Below, piece by piece: positions 57,726 to 64,000 of a DNA stretch of 64,000 bases (within the stretch, counting starts at the first letter, position 1; each line of letters opens with the position of its first letter). Both the position numbers and the translations under genes were made by a program. Below the pieces are notes generated by a model, which was not told where the DNA came from, ran no database searches, and saw only the letters and a list, made by a program, of their open reading frames with translations. Origin of the DNA: an uncultured Clostridium sp. (lineage in GTDB: Bacteria; Bacillota; Clostridia; Ch29); the NCBI GenBank assembly GCA_964529035.1, contig CAZGUG010000002.1, positions 19,241 to 83,240 on the forward strand, written 5' to 3'.

Positions 57726-59033
57726 ATGAGGATGTATGACATCTTAAAGAATAAAAGGGAAGGCGGGGTCCTGGAATACGACGAAATAAAATTCTTTATA
57801 GATGGTTACGTTACCGGAGAAATACCGGATTACCAGGCAGCGGCATTTCTTATGGCAGCCTTTTTAAGGGGTTTGACCATGGAAGAAACGGTAATGCTGA
57901 CACAATGCATGAAAGAATCAGGGGACATTATTGATTTAACCTCGATACCTGGAACAAAGGTGGACAAACACAGTACCGGAGGCGTGGGGGATAAGACCTC
58001 CATAGTGCTGGCACCCCTGGTTGCCGCTGCCGGGATACCGGTGGCCAAGATGTCGGGCCGCGGGCTGGGCCATACAGGCGGTACTATAGACAAGCTGGAA
58101 TCGATACCCGGTTTCAGGGCGGAGCTTGGCACCGCCGAATTTATTGATGCGGTAATAAGGACAGGCGTTGCAATAACGGGACAAACCGGAAACATTGCTC
58201 CGGGGGACAAAAAATTATACGCCCTAAGGGATGTTACAGCTACGGTGGACAGTATTCCGCTTATAGCCAGCAGTATAATGAGCAAGAAACTGGCTGCCGG
58301 TGCCGATTGTATACTGCTTGACGTAAAGGTGGGAAGCGGTGCTTTCATGAAAAATATTGAAGAAGCGGTGGAGCTTGCGAATACAATGGTCTATATAGGC
58401 AACTCGTCGGGCAGAAGCACGATGGCGATAATAAGCGATATGAGCCAGCCGCTGGGAAACGCCGTGGGAAACGCGCTGGAAGTAAGGGAGGCCATTGACA
58501 CAATAAAGGGTGAAGGCCCCGAGGATTTTTCAATGCTGTGCAGGGAACTGGGAGCCGTCATGCTTATGCTTGGTAAGAAAGCAGAAGACCTGGAGCAGGG
58601 CAGGCAGATGATAGAACATCTGGTCTCGTCGGGCAGGGCGGCGGAAAAGTTCAGAGAGTTTGTAATGGTACAGGGCGGGAATCCGAAAGTATTGGAAAAG
58701 CCTGAGGAAATTCTGCCCAGATCAAAAAAACAGCTTGAAATAACTGCAAAAACAAGCGGATACATAACCGGACTGGACGCCGAAAAAGTTGGCGCCGCCG
58801 CAATGATGCTGGGAGCGGGCCGGGCAAAAAAAGAAGACGCGGTAGACCCTGCCGTGGGAATTGTCGTGGAAAAAAAGCTGGGAGATGCGGTGGAAAAGGG
58901 AGAAAGAATAGCCGTTTTGCATGTAAACAGAACCGAAAACCTTGAAAGGGCGGTACGGCTAACTGAGAGAGCTGTAAGCATTTCAGAAAGGGCGCAAAAC
59001 AAACCTGAGCTGATTAGAAGAATAATTAAATGA
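57726..59033 (+). CDS. pdp: Pyrimidine-nucleoside (thymidine) phosphorylase
   Basis: Glycosyl-transferase family 3 motifs DKHSTGGVGDKTS and SGRGLGHTGGTIDKLE. Confidence 0.9.
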   Translation: MRMYDILKNKREGGVLEYDEIKFFIDGYVTGEIPDYQAAAFLMAAFLRGLTMEETVMLTQCMKESGDIIDLTSIPGTKVDKHSTGGVGDKTSIVLAPLVAAAGIPVAKMSGRGLGHTGGTIDKLESIPGFRAELGTAEFIDAVIRTGVAITGQTGNIAPGDKKLYALRDVTATVDSIPLIASSIMSKKLAAGADCILLDVKVGSGAFMKNIEEAVELANTMVYIGNSSGRSTMAIISDMSQPLGNAVGNALEVREAIDTIKGEGPEDFSMLCRELGAVMLMLGKKAEDLEQGRQMIEHLVSSGRAAEKFREFVMVQGGNPKVLEKPEEILPRSKKQLEITAKTSGYITGLDAEKVGAAAMMLGAGRAKKEDAVDPAVGIVVEKKLGDAVEKGERIAVLHVNRTENLERAVRLTERAVSISERAQNKPELIRRIIK

Positions 59034-59050
59034 AAAATGCCAGCCAATTG

Positions 59051-59083
59051 GAGCCGTATCAGTTCGGCTCTTTTTTGTTTTTG
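59051..59083 (+). terminator. Rho-independent terminator after pdp
   Basis: Stem gagccg / cggctc followed by ttttttgttttt. Confidence 0.7.
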
Positions 59084-59143
59084 AATAACTATATTTTAGT
59101 ATGGTTAACCTAATGGTGAACCCATTGAATTGGAGGGAAAAAG

Positions 59144-60310
59144 ATGAAGTCAAGGGTATTATGTACAGTTTTGCTGTTGGCGCTACTGTCCCTTGTGTTT
59201 CCTTACCAGGTCTGTGCCGATGAAATTTCGGTGGATGCACGGGGAGCAGTATTAATGGATGCAGGCAGCGGCAGTGTGCTTTTCGAACAGGATGCCCATG
59301 AAAGGCTGTATCCCGCAAGTGTGACAAAAATCATGACCGTGCTGATAGCCATGGAATGCCTGGAGAACGGGCAGATTTCGCTGGATGATCAGGTTGTTAT
59401 CAGCAGAAACGCCGCCGGCATGGGAGGAAGCCAGATATACATGGAGCCGGACGAGGTTAAAACGGTTGAACAGCTGTTAAAAGCTGTCGTTGTAGCTTCA
59501 GGCAATGATGCAAGCGTTGCCCTTGCCGAACATATAGCAGGCACCGAGGGTGCTTTTGTACAGCTTATGAACCAAAGGGCAGAGGAATTGGGGATGAAAA
59601 ACACCAACTTTACCAATCCCCACGGTTTACATGATGAAAACCACTATACTTCCGCCTACGACATTGCCCTTATGTCAAGGGAACTGGTAAAGCACGGCAA
59701 GGTATTCGACTGGAGCACCATTTGGATGGAAGATATCCAGGTAGGCAGAGAGGGAAGGTTCAGCACCTTTACCATGGTTAACACAAACAAGCTGATAAGG
59801 AGATATGAAGGTGCTGACGGCCTCAAAACAGGGTCGACGGATGCGGCAAAATACTGCCTTTCGGCAACAGCGGCAAGGGGGAATATGAGACTAATTGCAG
59901 TGTTGATGGCCTGTCCCACCTCCGAGGTGCGGTTTAGGGAATCGGAAAAACTACTGGACTTTGGGTTTACAAAATACAATTCCGTATCCATAGCCTCAAA
60001 GGAGGATGTGATTGACAGGTTAAAGGTGAACAAGGGAATCGAAAGATCGGTAAATGTAAAACCAGGGGAAGACCTTAAAGTACTGGTGGAAAAAGGTCAG
60101 GAGGGCAGCCTTGAAAAAGAAATTATACTGCTTCCCGATATTACTGCACCGGTTGCGGAAGGGGACAAGGTAGGAGAAATTATAGTAAGGCGGGAAGGAG
60201 AGATGGTGGGTATTGTTGACTTGGTGACCGGGAAATCTATAGAAAAAGCAGGGCTGCTTACTATACTGAAACGGGTACTGTTTGACTGGGCAGCTCCTGC
60301 AAAAAATTAA
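59144..60310 (+). CDS. dacF: Serine-type D-Ala-D-Ala carboxypeptidase (S11, DacF/DacB-like)
   Basis: Signal peptide, SxxK (ASVTKIM), SGN and KTG motifs. Confidence 0.85.
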   Translation: MKSRVLCTVLLLALLSLVFPYQVCADEISVDARGAVLMDAGSGSVLFEQDAHERLYPASVTKIMTVLIAMECLENGQISLDDQVVISRNAAGMGGSQIYMEPDEVKTVEQLLKAVVVASGNDASVALAEHIAGTEGAFVQLMNQRAEELGMKNTNFTNPHGLHDENHYTSAYDIALMSRELVKHGKVFDWSTIWMEDIQVGREGRFSTFTMVNTNKLIRRYEGADGLKTGSTDAAKYCLSATAARGNMRLIAVLMACPTSEVRFRESEKLLDFGFTKYNSVSIASKEDVIDRLKVNKGIERSVNVKPGEDLKVLVEKGQEGSLEKEIILLPDITAPVAEGDKVGEIIVRREGEMVGIVDLVTGKSIEKAGLLTILKRVLFDWAAPAKN

Positions 60311-60495
60311 AAATGAAATATCCTATAGGATAATAGTCCGGGTATTCCGCCGTTTTGCCAATCATCCAAAAACATTAGAGCTGGCATTATGGCAGGGGGT
60401 TCCCGGTTTTTTGTTTTGGTAATGTTAAAAAATATGGTAATATTAAATTGCCGTATTTTTTTATGGCTTAAACTACTCAACCAAGAGGGAGTAAT

Positions 60496-61731
60496 ATGCC
60501 GAAGTTTCAGAGGATGTTGGAATGCCTGCCCGAACAACTGCGGGAAGCAGCTGCTCAAATTAAGGAAAAATGCAAAGCCCTTGGGTATGAAGCCTACATT
60601 GTTGGAGGGGCGGTAAGGGATATGCTTCTTAAAACCGGGATATCCGACGTGGATATTACGGTTGTCGGGGACACCGGCAAGCTTGCCGGTGCTTTAGATG
60701 GCAGCTTCGGATACGAAATAAAGACCCATCCGTCCTTTATGACGGTGAATGTCAGCATTAAAGGCGGATACAGTTTAGATATTGCGACCGCCAGAAGGGA
60801 AGTTTATACTAACCCTGCATCGCTGCCAATGGTTTATCCTTCAAATATCTATGACGATCTCAAGAGAAGGGATTTTACAATAAACGCAATGGCGGTATCG
60901 CTGGACGGTTTTGAGCTTCTGGACTTTTTTGGAGGTTTCGGGGATTTGCAGCGGGGACTAATTAAAGTACTGCATGAAAAAAGTTTTGTTGATGACCCCA
61001 CCCGGATACTGAGGGGAATAAGGCTGGAAAAAAGATACGGGTTTAGAATGGACGAAAAAACCGAAAAGCTTATGAAAGATTCAATAAGAAAGGGTTATCC
61101 GTTAAGGCTGAGCAGTGACAGGCTCCTGAACGAAATAGAACTTATACTTTCACAGCCGCAGTTTTTAAGTTTGGTGCGCCGTATGGAAGAGACCGGACTT
61201 TGGAAGGCTATATCCGGGGAAAGAGCTGTTCCACCGTCAACCTTTTTGAAGCTTGAAAGGGTTAGGAAATGTGACAGTGACAAACGGCTGCTGTTCAGGG
61301 TACTGGCACTGATTGAGGATACGCCAAATGAACGGGTAGCTGCCCTGTTTGAACGGCATATAAGCCGGTATAAAAAGCTTATGGCATACAGGAACAGGGA
61401 GAACCATCTGCAGCTTCCGGTTAAAAAAAAGCCGCTGGAAAACGAGATGCTGTATGAACTCTTTTCCGAGATCGACGAAGAAATTCTTGAATACCTGTAT
61501 GCTTCCGCGGAAACCGAATGTTTCAGAAAAAACATCACAGCATATATACAGAGAATTAAGGACTTTAAGTTTTATTTCGACGGTAATACACTTAAATCAA
61601 TAGGCGTTGAACCCGGCCCCCGGTACAAGAGCCTTCTGGGCAGGGCAAGGCAAAAAGCAGTGGAAAGAAATATAACCGACAGGGAAAACCAGATATACTT
61701 ACTGAAAGAAATGCTGAAGAAGGGGGAATAA
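60496..61731 (+). CDS. cca: CCA-adding tRNA nucleotidyltransferase / poly(A) polymerase-family protein
   Basis: Head domain GGAVRD...DVDI...RRDFTINAMA, about 411 aa. Confidence 0.6.
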   Translation: MPKFQRMLECLPEQLREAAAQIKEKCKALGYEAYIVGGAVRDMLLKTGISDVDITVVGDTGKLAGALDGSFGYEIKTHPSFMTVNVSIKGGYSLDIATARREVYTNPASLPMVYPSNIYDDLKRRDFTINAMAVSLDGFELLDFFGGFGDLQRGLIKVLHEKSFVDDPTRILRGIRLEKRYGFRMDEKTEKLMKDSIRKGYPLRLSSDRLLNEIELILSQPQFLSLVRRMEETGLWKAISGERAVPPSTFLKLERVRKCDSDKRLLFRVLALIEDTPNERVAALFERHISRYKKLMAYRNRENHLQLPVKKKPLENEMLYELFSEIDEEILEYLYASAETECFRKNITAYIQRIKDFKFYFDGNTLKSIGVEPGPRYKSLLGRARQKAVERNITDRENQIYLLKEMLKKGE

Positions 61732-61736
61732 AAACT

Positions 61737-62357
61737 ATGGGAATGGACATAAGAAATCTGTTGTACATTCTGCCGGCAGTGATTATTGTACTGACAATAC
61801 ACGAGTATTCCCATGCAAAGGTCTCGGATATGCTGGGGGACCCGACACCGAGAAACAGGGGAAGGCTAACGCTAAATCCCCTTGCCCATATTGATCCGCT
61901 GGGGCTTTTAATGCTGGTAATTATCAGGCTGGGCTGGGCAAAACCTGTCCCCACAAGCCCAATATACTACAAAAACAGAAAGAAAGGAACCCTTTATGTG
62001 GCCCTGGCAGGACCCGCTTCAGGAATACTGCTGGCTCTTATTGTTCGGCTGGCTGCCGCGTCCGGGGTCCTGCGATGGACGGGTATACCTGTATCCTTTT
62101 TCAACCAAATATATTTTTACAGTCTTGTTATATCGGTTTTCAACCTTTTGCCGGTATATCCCCTTGACGGTTCAAGGATATTACAGGGTCTTCTGCCGGA
62201 CAACAGGGGCATGAAACTTATACAGTACCAGAATCAGATACAAATAGTTTTTATACTGGTACTGCTGCTGGCGAACAGAATACTGTGGGCATTTTTAAAC
62301 CCTGTTATCGGGGTTTTCGATTTTGCAATTAGCGGGGTAGTGGGCTTATTCTATTGA
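61737..62357 (+). CDS. M50 site-2-protease-family metalloprotease (short form)
   Basis: HEYSHA HExxH motif, a second LDG motif (YPLDGSRIL), four transmembrane segments. Confidence 0.7.
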   Translation: MGMDIRNLLYILPAVIIVLTIHEYSHAKVSDMLGDPTPRNRGRLTLNPLAHIDPLGLLMLVIIRLGWAKPVPTSPIYYKNRKKGTLYVALAGPASGILLALIVRLAAASGVLRWTGIPVSFFNQIYFYSLVISVFNLLPVYPLDGSRILQGLLPDNRGMKLIQYQNQIQIVFILVLLLANRILWAFLNPVIGVFDFAISGVVGLFY

Positions 62358-62409
62358 TTATTGCCGTATTAAAATGTATAATATTTTGAAATGGATGGGA
62401 GGAGTACAC

Positions 62410-63393
62410 ATGGCAAAGGATATTATTATGAGCGGCATGAGACCGACGGGAAAACTGCATCTGGGCAACTACTTCGGAGCTTTGGAAAACTGGGTGAAAC
62501 TGCAGAACCAATACGACAGCTACCACGCAATAGTAGACTGGCATGCCCTTACTACCGCTTACGAAGACACAAGCGAGCTTAAGGACAATATTATGGAGGT
62601 TGCCTTGGACTGGCTGAGCGCAGGTCTTGACCCGGAGGAGTGTACTATCTATGTGCAGTCGGATGTAAAGGAGATTGCGGAACTGTTCCTGCTTCTGTCT
62701 ATGGTGACTCCCGTATCCTGGCTGGAAAGATGTCCCACATACAAGGAACAGCTTAAACAGTTGGAAGGGAAAAACATTGCAAACTTTGGATTTTTAGGTT
62801 ACCCCTGTCTGCAGGCGGCGGATATACTGGTGTTCAAGGCAAAATACGTACCGGTTGGCGAGGACCAGATCCCGCATCTTGAGCTGAGCAGGGAAATAGC
62901 CAGGAGGTTTAACAATATATACGGCGAAACCTTTCCGGAGCCGGAGGCACTACTGGCCGAAGCCAAGGTGCTGCCGGGGCTTGACGGACGCAAGATGAGC
63001 AAGAGCTATGATAACGCAATATATTTGTCGGATTCCAAAAGGGATATTGAAGAAAAGGTGCGCAACATGATAACCGATCCGCAGAGGATACGTAAAAACG
63101 ACCCGGGGAACCCGGAAATCTGCTCGGCCTATTCGCTGCACAAGGTATTTACGCAGCTAGCCGACCTGAAAGAGACGGAGGAAAAGTGCAGGGGCGGTGC
63201 CATTGGCTGTGTCGCATGCAAAAACAAACTGGCTGAAAACCTTTCCGCCTTCCTGGAGCCGATAAGGGATAGAAGGGAAAGACTAGCTTCAAATCCGGAT
63301 ACGGTTAAGGATATTTTGAATGATGGAGCAAAAAAGGCAAGGAGAGCGGCCTCAAGAACCCTGGAGGAAGCCAGGGACAAAATGAATCTTTAA
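62410..63393 (+). CDS. trpS: Tryptophan--tRNA ligase
   Basis: HLGNY (HIGH) and KMSKS motifs. RBS GGGAGGAG sits 6 nt upstream of ATG 62410. Confidence 0.9.
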   Translation: MAKDIIMSGMRPTGKLHLGNYFGALENWVKLQNQYDSYHAIVDWHALTTAYEDTSELKDNIMEVALDWLSAGLDPEECTIYVQSDVKEIAELFLLLSMVTPVSWLERCPTYKEQLKQLEGKNIANFGFLGYPCLQAADILVFKAKYVPVGEDQIPHLELSREIARRFNNIYGETFPEPEALLAEAKVLPGLDGRKMSKSYDNAIYLSDSKRDIEEKVRNMITDPQRIRKNDPGNPEICSAYSLHKVFTQLADLKETEEKCRGGAIGCVACKNKLAENLSAFLEPIRDRRERLASNPDTVKDILNDGAKKARRAASRTLEEARDKMNL

Positions 63394-63410
63394 TTCCGGA
63401 GTGAACCAGG

Positions 63411-64000
63411 ATGTCCTACAGCGTTAAACTGGAAGTCTTTGAAGGCCCCTTTGATTTGCTGTTCCACCTGATTGAAAAAAACGAGGTGGATATTTATGAT
63501 ATTCCGATTGCCGTAATTACCAGGCAGTACCTACAATATTTGGACGGACTGAGGTTCTTCGATATAGAAATTGCCAGTGAGTTCCTGGTGATGGCAGCCA
63601 CGCTTCTGCATATAAAATCCAAAATGCTGCTGCCAAATCCAAAGGATGAAACCATGGAAGAGGACGAAGACCCGAGGCAGCAGCTTGTCGAGCGGTTAAT
63701 GGAATACAAGAAATACAAGGAAGTTACCGGTGAGCTAAAGAAAAGGGAGGAAATCTTTTTGAAAAGGCTTTTCCGTGAGCCCTCGGCTGCCGGGATTGAC
63801 GGACATCAGGAGCCGGTGATACCGGATATAGGATTAGCAGAACTGCATAGGGCCTTTGAGGAGGCAATGAAAAAGTACAGGGAGCTGTATAACAGTGATT
63901 ACGACCTGAAAAAGAGCCTGGAGAAGGAAAGGGTTTCCGTCACCGAAAAAATAAAGCATATTATCAAAGTGCTGAAACCGGGAAGGCCGGTTAAGTTCGA
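63411..64000 (+). CDS. scpA: Segregation and condensation protein A, 3' end truncated by the window edge
   Basis: MSYSVKLEVFEGPFDLLFHLIEKNEVDIYDIPIAVITRQYLQY is the ScpA N-terminus. The frame stays open to position 64000. It is missing from the ORF track because no stop lies within the window. Confidence 0.8.
   Translation, partial: MSYSVKLEVFEGPFDLLFHLIEKNEVDIYDIPIAVITRQYLQYLDGLRFFDIEIASEFLVMAATLLHIKSKMLLPNPKDETMEEDEDPRQQLVERLMEYKKYKEVTGELKKREEIFLKRLFREPSAAGIDGHQEPVIPDIGLAELHRAFEEAMKKYRELYNSDYDLKKSLEKERVSVTEKIKHIIKVLKPGRPVKF

Noticed and set aside
58391-59047. 218-aa ORF on the minus strand
   Set aside because: It is antisense to the pdp gene, whose motifs are unambiguous.
60389-60616. 75-aa ORF overlapping the cca-family gene start
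   Set aside because: It is out of frame with the well-supported nucleotidyltransferase and has no RBS. The real gene has RBS AGAGGGAG before ATG 60496.
62358-62409. A T-box leader upstream of trpS
   Set aside because: Only about 50 nt separate the upstream stop from the trpS RBS. There is no room for a specifier hairpin or antiterminator, and no T-box consensus (AATTAGGGTGGNACCGCG) is present.
1-64000. CRISPR arrays, tRNA or rRNA genes, IS transposases
   Set aside because: No regularly spaced direct repeats, no cloverleaf-compatible intergenic segments and no transposase-like ORFs were seen. The only repeats are the 27-bp inverted pair and the 21-bp tandem array at 1613-3243.

Overview
This is a chromosomal segment from an endospore-forming, Clostridia-like Firmicute. 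Genes lie almost entirely on the + strand and are mostly core functions; no CRISPR array, tRNA or rRNA genes were seen.

Layout from left to right:
- 1-3250: a 5'-truncated beta-helix protein, then a repeat-rich junk region holding a degraded 3' remnant of sigK and an EamA transporter gene, bracketed by 27-bp perfect inverted repeats.
- 3279-5262: a Cu/Zn superoxide dismutase, an Fe-S protein and a YqeG-family phosphatase.
- 5396-15349: a complete type IV pilus cluster (pilB, pilT, pilC, pilA, pilD, four minor pilins, a ComFB-like gene, a pilM-pilN fusion, pilO).
- 15483-22483: aromatic amino-acid genes (aroD, DAHP synthase, an aroK-aroB fusion, aroE), an Nfo-like protein, a Xaa-Pro peptidase and efp.
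- 23092-28331: spoIIIAA-AH.
- 28398-42722: asp23, nusB, a TsaD paralog, xseA, xseB, ispA, a PAP2 protein, a ~600-nt structured non-coding region, a small membrane protein, dxs, tlyA, nadK, argR, recN, spoIVB and spo0A.
- 42780-47981: a decayed permease, a hypothetical membrane protein, a LysE exporter (minus strand), a GIY-YIG protein, a lipoprotein and glnS.
- 48134-64000: a steA/steB-like pair, two glycosyltransferases, a DUF3866-like protein, NUDIX, spoIIM, ald, xerD, deoB, pdp, a D,D-carboxypeptidase, a cca-family enzyme, an M50 protease, trpS and a 3'-truncated scpA.

The most notable call is the ORF-free interval between ispA/PAP2 and dxs. Its position, size and flanking genes match the OLE (ornate large extremophilic) RNA locus with its partner gene oapA, and it carries its own consensus promoter and terminator. 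OLE is a published RNA class, so this is a recognised feature rather than a new one; the call rests on sequence-level signals and recalled published context and still needs a covariance-model search.

The second notable item is the sigK remnant at 1810-1988. It begins abruptly, as at a skin-like insertion junction, and carries an internal deletion. Other smaller points include an unannotated 43-aa ORF and an 18-bp perfect palindrome upstream of ald.
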